Shown piece by piece: positions 13,806-28,089 of a stretch of DNA of 64,000 nt. Within the stretch, counting starts at the first letter, position 1. Every line of letters starts with the position of its first letter. The translations under genes and the position numbers were made by a program. Below the pieces are notes generated by a model, which was not told the origin of the DNA, made no database searches, and saw only the letters and a list, made by a program, of their open reading frames with translations. Source of the DNA: Octopus vulgaris (taxonomy: Eukaryota); contig OX597830.1 of the NCBI GenBank assembly GCA_951406725.2, positions 682,001-746,000 on the forward strand, given 5' to 3'.

Positions 13806-15229
13806 AAATTACAGTAAAAAGTATGCTTCTATGATTAACATCATATTACAAAGTATTTTACCGTTGTGTAAAATTAACCGAGCTTTACAAAACACCAAAC
13901 GACTGCTGCTGCTATTACTACTATTAATTTTAATGATCCATAAACGCCCGGCCCTCTTTACTCCGAAAATCAAATGTTGATGAGTTAATCGGAGATACAA
14001 GAGCCAGTGAAAGTTGGATTAAATAATTCTCGTATCAGTAATGCTTGTTCTTCAGCCTTATTAGTCAATCGAGAGTTGGCTTCACTTTTCAATGGCTCTC
14101 TCCAGCATTGATGAAATTGGTATCAAATATTCATTGCAGTTTCATCTATGAGATGTAGAATGCTGCACCCATATCAGAATCAATGCAGGTAGCGGACAAA
14201 AGAACATCCAAGATTGCAGTAAAACAAAAATCACTCACCAAAGAACTTCAATCAAAGGTCCGTCCTCACTCTGCATTTTCTACAACAATGGACAATATTA
14301 AATAGAAGTTGTTGGTCTCCTGCAAATTCTGTTCCATCTCATTATTGCCGCTCCACACTCATATTTTCTCCATTTGCCGCCAATATGGTCATTTTCCCAA
14401 ATCACTGCATTAACTATTTTGCTCACTTCTTTCACACCAAAACTATATCCCTCTGAAATTTTCTACATGGCTTTGCTGGTTTTTGCTGCAAACTTGCAAC
14501 TGTCCTGAAGAACTATCGAGCACATTTATTTTATGTGTTGTTTGCTTTTACTTGGTTATGAGGGAGGTGTACTCTAAGAGATATCAGCAAAATGTGAGTA
14601 TGGCTTCCCTAGAAATTTCTGGAGATGTGACAGGAAGACCAAAAAAAACCCCCACAAAGCGTCCTTATATAAGTTTGTCACGTGAATTAAAAACAAGGAA
14701 ATTATTCTCGTTTTGTATTCAATTAACAATGAAACATTTTCTATAGGTTTACAAGTGCAACTAAAATGATAAAAAATTAAACCTCACTAAAACAGAAGCG
14801 ATGAAAACGGGTGTATTCAATTAGGCAATAGTGATTTGATTGATTTTATTTTGACAAGTTTCGGTATTGAAGTTGTGAATGATTTGGAGATTTTCTGCTG
14901 TCTGACAAGATATACGGATAAATCCATAGTGTTAACTTTAAGAGGCATTGATTTTTAGTTTTACTTTTACCACTGACATCATAGATTGTACATGGTTAGA
15001 TTAGAAAAAAAATCAATTGCGTAAACTTGATATTACTGGAATGAATAGTCTAAAGAAAATTAGTAATCTACGTGTTTTTCCTCCAATTTTCCCCTTGTTT
15101 GCTTTCCGTGTGGATTACGTTCAGGCTTCAAATATCTATATTCTATTTAGTTCTGGCTGTTTCTCTTTTATTTGGAGCCATAGATTCTTGCCAACGAATT
15201 CTTATAAGTTATTTAACGATTTTATAGCA

Positions 15230-15520
15230 GAGTTGTATGCTTGTAAAGCTGTCTTTTTTCTCTGCTCAATAGTCATGCCTTTATAATCAATCGGCTTCCG
15301 TATTTGGACCCATCAAACGTTGCTTAGGATGAAAACCGCTGCCGAACACTTCGTGCAGATACATTGTCTCATAGACTCGGGTTGATCAAACGGTTCCAAA
15401 GGAAGTTCTATAGACACAAAATCGGTGACAATTCGCGAGAGTAATCGATCCTGTTCTTGACTGGCAGTTTTGTCACGTGGCTTGTCAGCATCACCTTGCC
15501 ATTAAGGTTGTCGTTGTTCC
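15230..15520 (-). pseudogene. Possible Tc1 transposase N-terminal remnant
   Basis: Minus-strand fragments KTASQEQDRLLSRIV and MTIEQRKK resemble the Tc1 HTH region. Confidence 0.3.
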
Positions 15521-16194
15521 TCTAGAAGTCTGGAGAATAAAACAAGATCCAATCAGTTTTTTATTTAATGAATGTTGATGAAATATGTTGTTAATAATGC
15601 ATAACACATTCGCCCATCTACCAGCTGATATACTCTGTCCAGTCACTGAGCTATTACTCAGATAAGAATACAAGTTTAAACTGGGATTTTGCTAAATAGT
15701 TCTGTTTGTTATGTACCGGTCAGCCTTGGTCAAGAATTTGTAGAGTGAATGTCATTGTTGCTCCGAAACACCGGAATCTTGTTCTTTTGTCCATAATTAG
15801 ATTATCTAGAGTTTCAGTTACTTTACATGATGGTGGATGGCTAATGATGTTTCTAAGAGATCGATCAGGTGGGCAGCGACCCATACCATATTGCATCGCA
15901 ACTGTAATATAATGTAGTATAAAAATCTACAGCAAATATCTCTTCTTCAGCTATTTCCAGCCTTACAATACGAAAAGCTCGGTGATGAACAGCTCTCTTC
16001 ATTTCTTCATCTTCTACCATGTACATTAACTATTTTATACAGACATATACATATGCTTTAATGATGTGTATGTATGTGTCTGTACACACATATATGTGTG
16101 TATATATATAAATATATATGTGTGTGTGTTTGTGTGTCTGGATTTATATACCTACATATTTATATACCTATATTCACATATACATACAAATCTA

Positions 16195-16208
16195 TATATT
16201 TATGTGTC

Positions 16209-16278
<70 letters not shown>

Positions 16279-16361
16279 TGCGTGTATACGTATATATATA
16301 TATATATATATATGTATTTATATATATATATATATATACGGATATATATATATATATATAC

Positions 16362-16400
<39 letters not shown>
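16195..16400. repeat. Long (TA)n microsatellite, representative of dozens in the window
   Basis: Direct reading. Confidence 0.95.
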
Positions 16401-16404
<4 letters not shown>

Positions 16405-16512
16405 CATACATTTATGTGTGAGAGAGAGAGAGAGAGGAGATATATCCAATAGAAGGATGTAAGCGGAGAAGGCTGCAAGAAAAAATAATAAGTAATATAA
16501 ATCAACAAACTG

Positions 16513-16571
16513 TGATTGGCTGAATGCTTTTTGGCGCATGCGCACTTCGACGTTTCTATCTAATGACGCAA
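16513..16571. promoter_or_regulatory. Promoter-like cluster: inverted CCAAT, NRF1 palindrome and CRE/ATF-like site
   Basis: tgattggct 16513-16521; GCGCATGCGCA 16534-16544; TGACGCAA 16564-16571. Confidence 0.45.
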
Positions 16572-16589
16572 ATAGCAAAATTAACTTGA

Positions 16590-16632
<43 letters not shown>

Positions 16633-17090
16633 GAGTTTGTTAAATTGTGTGACGTTATAAACAATGTTTTCAAGTTTTCCACAAATTGGCCGTGAAATTA
16701 TTATTTTTTTTGCTTGTTGAAGTCATTCAGTGAGAAGAGTTCATAGGGAAATCATGTCAGATGGGTCTGGCAATAGCCAACAGCAATTACAGCAATGGGA
16801 GTGAAACTACAATAACAAGGAACTCTACCAAAACAATAACTAAGGCAATCAGAACGACAACAGCAGCCGCAACACCAGTAACAGCAATATAGTAACAATA
16901 ATAACTGAACAAATTTTAGCGCCGCTACCATAACTAGAACTGCAGTGGGAACAACATGGAACACACACACACACACACACACACATACACACACAGACTC
17001 ACATAAATACACATATGCATATATTTATATGTATGATAAAATAGTTATATGTGTGTCTGTTTGCACGTAAGCATATGTATAATGTAAATT

Positions 17091-17323
17091 AAGGCGGCGA
17101 GCTGGCAGAAATGTTAACACGCCGGGCGAAATGCGTTGCCGTATTTCGTCTGCCGTTATGTTCTGAGTTCAAATTCCGCCGAGGTCGACTTTGCCTTTCA
17201 TCCTTTCGGGGTCGATTAAATAAGTACCAGTTACGCACTGGGGTCGATATAATCGACTTAATCCGTTTGGCTGTCCTTGTTTGTCCTCTCTGTGTTTAGA
17301 CCCTTGTGGGTAGTAAAGAAATA
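17091..17323 (+). mobile_element. Full-length Meta-domain tRNA SINE with 17-bp TSD
   Basis: TSD atatgtataatgtaaat at 17073-17089 and 17324-17340; gcctttcatcctttcggggtcgattaaataagtaccag. Confidence 0.95.
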
Positions 17324-17950
17324 ATATGTATAATGTAAATAGCATGAAAAGAAATGGGCGGGGATGGCGATGTCTAGTAACAACCAAGAACAACATTACA
17401 ACTCTTAACAATATGAACGTCAACATTATGAAAAATACAAGCAGAAAAAAGACAGCCAAGAAATGAAAATGCACCAACAGCAGCAACCAGTAACGACATC
17501 AAGAATATCTCTGCCAATAATAACACATGGACAATATTACCGAAACCCCCCTCAATACAACCCCACCACCACAACACAACTACAACCAGCCACAGTTCTA
17601 TAAAAAACAATTACAACAACAACAGCAAAAACATCTACAGATGTTTATTTTTCGAATCAGTATTTTATTTTTACTGTTTCTTTCTTTACTTCTTTTCTTA
17701 TTTATTCGCTTTATATTTTTTTCTTTCACGCAAAAGCTTCAAGAAAGAAGTTTGAATTCTGCTCTGATTGCAACATCAAAGATGTTCATTACACTTATTA
17801 TTTATACATATTACATATAGCAACACATGTGTAGATAAATATGCATCTCTATGTGTGTAGATACGTGTTTTTATGTGCGGGAATGCGTATAACTCCTCAT
17901 AATACACACACACACACATACACACATATATATATACATGTATTTATCTA

Positions 17951-17995
<45 letters not shown>

Positions 17996-17998
17996 TTA

Positions 17999-18055
<57 letters not shown>

Positions 18056-18820
18056 ATGTGCATGCATGTAGACACACAGACACAGATACACACACACATA
18101 CACACTCGCACATACGTTTCTACATATTCAAATTATATCTTCAAGATATACGCTTATCTTCACTTCTCTGCTTGTGCATTTTCTTTCTATTTCCTGATAT
18201 TTTTCTTCACATCTTCTTCATCCTCCCACCTTCATCTTGTTTTCAATTCATCCATACGAATGAACAACTCGAAATAATGTGCTGCCGTCAACTATTTTTT
18301 TTTTAATCTAATTCTGATATTTTTTTTACTTAATTCTACTTTACCTATATTACCTCAGATAACCAATTTAGTGGAAAACTGATACCAGATAGTTTATGAA
18401 GAATGTTCTGTAATTGTTTCAGATTTTATTTTTAATTACTTAGTCATTAATTGAAGCATAAGGGCTTGTAACTATTTTCAGGATGTCATGATTTGAGGTA
18501 TTACTCTTCACCTCAGAGATTCGGCGTGAAACGTTTCATCAGAGTGGTCTCCGTCGTTCAAACAAACTGTGGTCAACAATCGCTATTACTGGGCGTAATT
18601 TTCAAATGGAAATATGTGATTTAATTCCCTTTCGCTTCTTCCCATGTGAATTCCCAAAGAAAAAAAGGCTTATTAATAGTTATTCTCAGTTCTGGATATT
18701 CTAAAATATATAATCGAAATACCGACCTGTGCCTATTCACTATTATATTTCAAGAAAGAAAATATTATGACTCTATACAGTATATTTGATAAATATTCGG
18801 AAACATTTTAAAAAATCAAC

Positions 18821-19220
18821 GCAGGAGTGGCTGTATGGTAAGTAGCTTGCTAACCAACCACATGGTTCCGGGTTCAGTCCCACTGCGTGGCATCTTGGGC
18901 AAGTGTCTTCTACTGTAGCCTCGGGCCGACCAATGCCTTGTGAGTAGATTTGGTAGACGGAAACTGAAAGAAGCCTGTCGTATATATCTATATATATATG
19001 TATGTGTGTGTTTGTATGTCTGTGCTTGTCCCCCTGGCATTGCTTGACAACCGATGCTGGTGTGTTTACGTCCCCGTAACTTAGCGGTTCGGCAAAAGAG
19101 ACCGATAGAGTAAGTACTGGGCGTACAAAAGAATAAGTCCCGGGGTCGAGTTGATCGATTAAAGGCGGTGCTCCAGCATGGCCGCAGTCAAATGACTGAA
19201 ACAAGTAAAAGAGTAAAAGA
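18821..19220 (+). mobile_element. Full-length tRNA/CORE-type SINE with internal (TA)/(TG) microsatellite
   Basis: A box tggctgtatgg, B box gggttcagtcc, core tcttgggcaagtgtc, tail aaatgactgaaacaagtaaaagag. Confidence 0.95.
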
Positions 19221-19479
19221 GAGAGAGAGAGTATCAGTATAATCAGTGAGTGAATGCAGCGTGGACAATCTGCAAACACATAATTTTGTTTCTCGTTGTA
19301 GAGAAATGAACTGCACTCCTATACATCAATTCTGAAGATCTAGCGCTTCACCTGCATTTAGATGTTAAAATATGATTGTAGCTGTCTTACAAGGTTTTCT
19401 ATCATATTATCCAACAAAAGGCTTATACCACATATTAGTACAGATATTTTATACCCATTTCTATATCTATGTTTATATA

Positions 19480-19547
<68 letters not shown>

Positions 19548-19548
<1 letters not shown>

Positions 19549-19833
19549 GGAATAAACACACAAATGTGAAACAAGGTGGAAAAAAGAGTACTCAAATACC
19601 AGTGGTAGAGTAATATGCTTTATTTTAAGCAGCAGAAAATTCAACAAAATCTGTTACTCTGAGTTTCTCGTTGCCATTCATCAGACAGTTTTTGCTAGAA
19701 TGGAACCGATATATCAATTCAATCTAGATTGAATTGATATATCGGTTCCATTCTAGCAAAAACTGTCTGATGAATGGCAACGAGAAACTCAGAGTAACAG
19801 ATTTTGTTGAATTTTCTGCTGCTTAAAATAAAG
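19548..19833. mobile_element. PLE pseudo-LTR fragment forming a spacer-less 216-bp palindrome between (TA)n tracts
   Basis: 19618-19725 is the exact reverse complement of 19726-19833. Confidence 0.85.
19757..19810 (+). ncRNA. Minimal type I hammerhead motif (mirror copy on minus strand at about 19641-19694)
   Basis: ctgt-CTGATGA-a[tg gcaa cg]a-GAAA-ctc a gag-TA-acag. Confidence 0.8.
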
Positions 19834-19880
<47 letters not shown>

Positions 19881-19892
19881 ATGTGGGTGTGT

Positions 19893-19961
<69 letters not shown>

Positions 19962-20747
19962 CGAGATGAGAGACAGATACTCTCCGTATGGAATGCTCTT
20001 TGTAGTACTCAAGCTATTTAAATTGGCGCAGGTAGGGGAGTAAATATAAAGACATGCAAGTTAACCACAACGATATACAAAACATATTAAATACATTTAA
20101 TACAAAAAAATGTACATATGTTGACATATAGCGGTCCGTCTTACGCAGAATAGAAATGATACCAGGAATGAAATGGGTTGAACAATAATGTCAGGAATTT
20201 AAGGAGTTGAATGAGAGTTTACCCTATTTCTGTTGTTAAAGTGTGCATAATATTTGGGTTCCTTCAGTGTTTTATAACTTGATACTTCGTTTTAAATAAT
20301 TAGAACAGTGACGGAAGCCAAACAAATAAACGAACAAACCAATGTTACGCACGGAAACATGATACGCACGGAAACAACGGAAACATGAAAAATTCCCCAT
20401 AAAAGAATAATAGCAATGAATTCGGTCAACAAACCGCACTGATTAGGAGCTGACCACTTGTTGGTTTCAGAATTTATTGAGGAGAGTACCCCGTCTTGAA
20501 TGAAATAGATCAAGGAAATGGACTACCATCCTTAAATCTGCTGAATGGATGACCATCCATAAAATCTGTAGGGTGAATAACAAATAAATCCAACTCCATC
20601 AGACACACCTCCAGCCCCATATTACTATCATTCCTTCCTCCACTCCGATCACCTGCCTCCCACTACCAAGTACACACAGAAATATCCACAGAGCTATCAC
20701 TGGCAAGAAGTGATGAACATCTTTCTGTGATTCATTCACTAATGCGG

Positions 20748-20875
20748 CATCGCCTGATGAAATGGATCAATGATGATGATCAACCGGATGTCCACGGATA
20801 ATACAGACTTTACTGTATCATCCCAACGATACGGACTCTCATGTGATGTGATTTGTGGAAACGCGCGTAGCGATG
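20748..20875 (+). ncRNA. Type I hammerhead motif with about 95-nt helix II domain
   Basis: catcgc-CTGATGA-a atggatca...tgatttgt g-GAAA-cgcgcg-TA-gcgatg; perfect 6-bp helix I. Confidence 0.8.
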
Positions 20876-21274
20876 TATTAGATATCTATAAAGTCCATCC
20901 TAGAATTATTATTATGATACACACACACACACACGTACATACACATACATACATACATAGATGTACGTATGTGTGTATATATTGCCTGCAGACTACTGAA
21001 GTCACTCAAGACCCAAGTGGTTGGTGTGTGAGTTATAAAATGTTTAGCCGTACCATCGCAAATCATTATATGTCCACCAAGTTACAAATCAAATTTTTTT
21101 GCAAGGAATTTATTCTTATATTCGCAGCGTGGTAACGCTTTTAAAAATTATTTACTTGTATATCCACACGTCTAAACATACATGTATGCATACACTCATA
21201 TATATCACATCCATCCATACATATATACATACACACACGAATATATATATTAACACACAAATGCACACATTCAG

Positions 21275-21386
<112 letters not shown>

Positions 21387-22466
21387 CGATCGAGGAAACA
21401 GAATACAATTGATTACGTACATATTCATACTGCAAATTTACTCTCTTGTTAATCAAATATAATAAACCACATTTAATTTCTTTCTTAATATTTACTTAAC
21501 TTAATTACGGTCCAACTTCATTATTTACTCGTCTGCTATTCCTAGACAGACTCTTCAACATGGTTTTGTCTTTTCGGTGCGAACTAATTCCTTTCGTATT
21601 AATTATATTACGTTTCTAAAGAACCAACTAGACGAAAATATAGAAAAACTGAGTCCGATCAGTAGAAATATTTCATTAAAAAATTATATCTTTTATAAAT
21701 TATCTTTTTCAGGCAGAAAGGGGTGGGGTATATTGATATTCATCGTCATTATTTTAGTTTCTTAACAAACAATCCAATGTATATTCCGAGCCTGGCATTA
21801 GTTACCCGGGCAATTTTCTGTAGTGAAGTGGTCCATGGAAACGAGTTTTATTCCATTTAGTCTGTCTGGTACGAAGTGGCATCATGGTTCCACGTATTTT
21901 CTTCTATTAGCATTTTTCAGTGCATACCAAATTTTTGAGTTATGTTTCACTCAAAAATGATTCGGTGGGATTTCTATAGTATTGAACGTTCTTTTATTTT
22001 TGTTTATCAGTAGAGTCACACGCGCATCTATGTGTATTTTTTAATTAACACTATTAGTTTTTATAAGCAAATGGTTTCATGCTATGAAAACGACACAAAC
22101 AGCATTTTATAGCATGTCTGGTGCTTTCATGCAATCTTTAGGCTATGCCGACATGGTACACACATGGTAAAGCAGAATGAGAGCTTAAGAGAAAACACGA
22201 GAAAAGGGCGATAAGAAGGTTGATGTAAAAGATAAAAGGCAGAACAAGTCGGAAAACGAAAGGAAAAGAAACTATAAGTAGCTCATAAGAATATGTACTG
22301 TGTTCAATGAACAATATTTGTTTCACCAAACGAAGTACTATGTTTGTTGATCCTACATTCACTGAACTAAATAATGTATATATATTATGCAGTTCAGTAT
22401 AATCCCTACACATTTATATACACACATTTATATACACACATGTATATATATATATATATATATATC

Positions 22467-22546
22467 GTTGAGGTTTATAGAAAAAACAAAAGACGAAGTC
22501 ATGTGTATGGATAAAAAGTAAATGTATTTGTTTGACGCTCGGGAAA
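22467..22546. mobile_element. Short PLE-tail-like fragment next to (TA)n
   Basis: gaggtttatagaaaaaacaaaagacgaag...gtttgacgctcgggaa recalled as a cephalopod repeat; no ribozyme core retained. Confidence 0.35.
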
Positions 22547-24049
22547 TACACACGCACACTCACAAACATAAATAAGTTTTAACATAGAGCAATATACAAG
22601 GTACAAATGCTGGGCATTATTAATCGATAGAGCAAGTGAGTAAACTTATCAGTAAGAAGCCTATGATAATTACTGGAAATAGCTGTAAGCCAAACTGAAT
22701 CCATTAAAGGAAAAATATGTAATGACCATTACATATATGTTGTCTTCTATCTCTGTCTGTTTCTCTCTCTCTGTCTCTCTCTCTCTCTCTTTCTCACACA
22801 CACACATACGGTATTTCTCTCTCAACAACATTTTCTCCTCTCCTTTTCCATCCCTAGAATAGATGTTACGAAGAGAGACTATAGCGAAAACACTACCACT
22901 ATCTATCAATTTATATTTCACACACACACACATTCTCTCTCCCTCTCTCTCTCTTCCTCTGTCTCACACACACATACACACTCATTGGATCTAGCTTTTT
23001 ACATTCGCAAAATAGGCATTTTTTAAAAGAAAGTAAAATATCTGAAAATCGGTTATAATAATATAGCCTTCCAATCTCATTGCAATGAAAGCATGAAGTG
23101 GAAAAAAAAGTTGGAGGGAAAAGTTACAGGGATTTAATAGACTGTATTTTTAGCCAAAAGCGAGACAGAAATTGTCTGCGTTTAGCGGAGCGATGTCAAC
23201 TTGAAGGTTGTACTCGGCAAACTTTATAGCTTAGCGTCTGTATCAAGACTGTCCATTGCAGGTTTCGAAATAAGCAGAAATACCCAATAAAATCAACATA
23301 ATCATCCTACTGTTTCTTTTGTCTCTTCATTGATTGTATGTTTTTATTATTTTTTAAATTTGTTATATTAAATATTGGTCTGCACGTGTTTACTTTATGT
23401 GTAGTTCAGTATTATGTATACCTGCCATGTATTTATGTACGTCATTAATATATAAGTGCATGTGAATGTATGTATTCATATATAAGTTTCTATGTACATT
23501 CATGCATTCATGCGTGTATGCGTGTGTGTTTGTGTGTACGTATGTCGCCAAAACCCCAAAGTTGAGTAAAAGTTTTCATGCTTGGATTCGTAAACTACGA
23601 TAAAAATAACACTGGTCAACAAAGAATTTGTCCCAAGAAGAAGAATACCTGTATCTTATACGTTGTTGCATGCAGAATTCAAAAATGTCAAGCTATCTGT
23701 ATCACCCAGAGTTTCTCTGTTCCACGATATCCCTTTCAGTTCCTGTTAACTGGGCTAAATTTCAGTTAAGCTGTTGAAATGTGAAGCTAATGGTTTATGA
23801 AATACTCCTAATTTAAATGCTTATGAATAGAATTAACCAAGTGAAATCATAAATCAAGCTATCTGAATCAATGAGTCCCTGAATATGTATGAAAAATAAA
23901 TGAAATGACAATATGTAAAAATACTAACACAGAGAAAAATTAAAATAAAACACGCGGTTGAAAAGAATCTCGTGGTGTGGAGAATCAAGCGTTTTAAATC
24001 AGCATAGAACAACGCGCGGCACAGACAGTAAACCACAGTACAGCGTGTG

Positions 24050-24100
24050 GTTGTCATGGTAACAACAAACTGCTAATGCCACACTATCTGCTGATTGGCT
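24050..24100. promoter_or_regulatory. RFX X-box plus inverted CCAAT box
   Basis: GTTGTCATGGTAAC 24050-24063; ctgattggct 24091-24100; CpG-richer flank. Confidence 0.5.
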
Positions 24101-25023
24101 ACAATTAACCACATTTTCTAAATTTAATTCCAAATAACATCAGATTCTTTCATTTACGAGAAGAAGTTGATAGTAATCCAAATTCAGAGTTGCATCGATA
24201 CACCAAAATTGAAATCAATCTGATCACAATAAAAGGGGACTCAGTTATGCGAATAAAAAAGACTTGATCCCACTCATTTTTTCTCTCAACAACTTTTTCT
24301 AACTCCTTCTGAAAATACACCGAGGCCCATATTTTATTCCTTCTCTTGTTTCACCCCCTCTTTTAGATACTGTGACGGATGGACAGACACAGAAATTTGG
24401 TTGTCTTTTATAATACATGATGTTTCTGTGTGTGTGTGTATGTTTGTGTGCGCGAGTGCATATGTGTGTATGAGAGTGTATATATCAATGTGTATAATTA
24501 AATGTTTTTCAGCGGAAATCACAATGAAAGTAATGTGATTTTAGCGCATGATCGAGCGACGTGGCAGAATATTTTAATTATCCATCAAAATAATTAGAGA
24601 AACAACAATTTTTGTAAATACAGCAGAATATAAACTGTATTTCGATCTTACACCTTTTTTCCGCCAAACGATAAATAGTTAATCTTATACAGGAGATAAA
24701 ACAGTAAATTGTTTTCAATGAAGACGGCAGAGAGTTAATAGAATATTTCACTGATGGAGGAGAGTACGTAAGTATATGCATTACACACACACACACACAC
24801 ACACACTGATAAGCCTGGAAACATTTTATCATTTTATGGTTGGTAATAACAAATGAAAACTGATTATATCTCGATACGCGTGTATAAACGGCAATCATGT
24901 ATCACGATATAACCTTTAATATGTGTGTGCCTGTGTGTGTGAGTGCATGTATATATATATATATATATACACATACTCACATATATACTCATATATATGT
25001 ATATATATTTACACATCTAACTT

Positions 25024-25087
<64 letters not shown>

Positions 25088-25415
25088 ATATATATATTGG
25101 TATGTCAGTAATTATCGCAAAGAATGTAGAATGAGGAGGATAACTATACAAAGCGAGAGAGAGAGTGGCTGTAATTAAGTGTGGTGTCTTAACTTCTCAA
25201 TCCTCACGATACTATTCTACATCTGTGATATATAATCAATTTTAATAACTGTTGCAATCAACATGACAACTTCAATTACTGGGATTGTTATAAATTGGGA
25301 CAGATAATTGCTTGTATGTATGTATGTATGTATCTATCTATCTATCTATCTGTTTGTATCCGTTTATCTTACTTCATCTCCCATTCTCTCTGTATGTATG
25401 CATTATGTATATATA

Positions 25416-25470
<55 letters not shown>

Positions 25471-25544
25471 ATGTGTGTGTGTGTGTATGTGTGTGTGTGT
25501 GTGTGTGTGTATGTGTGTGTGTATAAAATTCAAAACCTACATAA

Positions 25545-25870
25545 CTTAGATAAGTTTCATCCAAAATTTGGCTCAGGCCACGTCCAACTGAAAAGCACCA
25601 CCAACTAATATCTGTTAAGTCATTTTTAAATCACGGTTTGTGCTAGGATGGTCCATTCACGTAAGGAATTGTTGTTGACTCTGATGTATCCAAGAGTATG
25701 TGGCATACTTGGTATACCTTGAATTAATTTGTCCAGCTTCCGTTTAAAGGAGATGATATCCTTTTCTTTGATTTCTTATAGGATAACCTTAAATAGAGCA
25801 GCGCCTGTTGAGGAAAATAAACTCCTATAGTGAATTTGTGTTGTGATCTTGAATTGCGTAGGGGACATGT
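25545..25870 (-). mobile_element. CR1/L2-group LINE 3' end
   Basis: GAALFKVIL*EIKEKDIISFKRKLDKLIQGIPSMPHTLGY..NNSLREW followed by a short 3' UTR. Confidence 0.7.
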
Positions 25871-25879
25871 ATATATAGT

Positions 25880-26088
25880 TTTATTCTTTTACTTGCGTTA
25901 GTCATTTGACTGTGGCCATGCTGAAGCACAGTCTTTAGCCGAACAAATAGACGCTAGGGCTTATTCTTTGTAAGCCTAGAACTTATTCTATCGACGTATT
26001 TTGCCAAAATGTTGTTACGGGTACATAAAGACACCAACATCGGTTGTCAAGCGATGTTGGGGGGACAAATACAGACACGCAGACATAT

Positions 26089-26137
<49 letters not shown>

Positions 26138-26255
26138 AACCGCTTCTTTCAGTTTCCTGCTACCTGATCTACTCCCGAGGCTATGCTAGAAGACACTTGT
26201 CAAAGGTTCCACGAACTATGTGGTTGGGAAGCAAGCTTCTAACCACACATCCACG
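25880..26255 (-). mobile_element. tRNA/CORE-type SINE
   Basis: Reverse-complement match to 18821-19220, including the internal microsatellite. Confidence 0.9.
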
Positions 26256-27374
26256 CTTCTTTACATACATATGTACACATATGCATATATATGATATATA
26301 CGTAAATATTTATATATGCATATATACAAACATACTTACACACATATATATGCCAGTTGGACCCTTGGCAAATCTCAGATACTTACATGTGTCCAAGTCA
26401 GAATCATTTACAGATTTTCTTACAAGAGTTGCTATGGAAGCTGGGAGTAAATGATAAACGCAGACTGGATCCGAATACGGTTCGCTACTTAACCACAAGA
26501 CAAACTTGATACAGCAACTGAAACTTAAGTGTACATACCTTCGTCTTTGTTCCACCTACTCGATGTGGAAGAAACGGAGTCATAGTATTTCCCAACCCAC
26601 TTATAAAGTATTCCGCTATCGTTATTTACGATGATGCCAGCTGACTAGAAGTAGCAGTCATTCCCCAACAATTTAAAAAGTAAATAAAGACAATAGTTCC
26701 TCGCCTTCATAAAAAAAATATTAAGACACTAAGGGAACGAAAGCAATATAAATGCAAACAATGCACTCATTCTCCAATAACCGCATTGAAGTTGATATTT
26801 CTTCGTAAAGCCAAACGAAAAGTGACGTTAAATTTAAACCGTATTACACAACCATTTCGGTGCGGTACAAATTTATAGCATCCCCACAGAATAGTCTCTA
26901 TTTGAAAGAGTTATGCAGACGACAGGATTCTAATAAATATACGAACGTCAATTTTGATGAAGAAGTATCCTTAATCAATTAAGAGAACATGGCTCATTTC
27001 TGTCTACTCTGAACCCAAATTATTCCCGTGAACTCTTAGAGTGCTATCAGTCACGATCACAGCGGTACGAAACCGGATGTGACATATGTCAACGTTTTAC
27101 ACTCATATGTGGGAAGAGTGAATTATTTGCTCTTATTTCCCTATCAATAATAATTAATTACATTCATTTAATTACTTTGAGTTATATTATTTTTGGCTTC
27201 CCCAAATAAGTTCCCTTCACTTTATTTTCATGCAATATGAACTAGTGACTTGCATAGTTACTCCATCATATTTTACGCGATAAATTGTACGCATAGAGGA
27301 GAAAATAGAATAGATTGTTATAGTCATCAACATTAGCATTATCATCTTCATCGTTTTAGTTGCTTTTGTTCCTG

Positions 27375-27835
27375 CCGTTGTTGTTGCTGTTGTTTTTGCA
27401 TGTTTGGCTTTTGCTTTGTATTTATGGAAGTTAACTTCGAGAATCATCCAGAAACCTCAAGGGACAACAAGTTCAATTTGATGTTATGCCTAGAGTGCCA
27501 AACATTTGGTTTTGCATAAAGTATTGTTCTGGAAAAACAAAAGAAAATTAGGTGGTCGTTTTAAAAGCAATTTGATTATAAGATGATAGCCTGATGTTAA
27601 GATGACAGTAAAATGTGCTTGCTTCTATGTACTTCTAAACGTATTTTGATATTTTTACGGATTAAAATATTTTGGGGATTACATAGACAATATTTACGTT
27701 GGATATGGACAATTCCAATGAGCTGTATTTTTTGAATTTCTGCCATTTTTGGATTTCCTGGTATCTCAGCTACATAGTAATCAGCCCCTTTTGCTATCAT
27801 TCCTAGGGCACCAATGACGACAGGTATTGTTTAAG
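27375..27835 (-). mobile_element. R4/Dong-like RLE LINE 3' end
   Basis: TIPVVIGALGMIAKG..IPGNPKMAEIQKI.L.G..HI.RK, then 3' UTR and (CAA)-rich tail. Confidence 0.8.
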
Positions 27836-28089
27836 TCTTGCTCTCTTTGGTTATTTGCCATTGAGAGGCATTTCCAGCCTTTTATCAATAAGAATATCTA
27901 AAGCAACAGTTTTAGCACGGGTTTTCACACGCTTAACATTTTGTGTGTTTGTTTCAAGTACAATACCTTATTGAGTTCCAATGTGGAACTACAAGGGACC
28001 GCATTGTTCAACTGGTGGAAGACTGTGAGGGCTTGTCGAAACTCTAGGTGCCAAGAGCCCATTTTTGGTCTCTGCATGAACCAGGACTG

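Noticed and set aside
26947-27083. Decayed hammerhead TTGATGA...GAAA-ccgg-AT-gtgac
   Set aside because: C3 and U16.1 are both altered; suggestive but unsupported.
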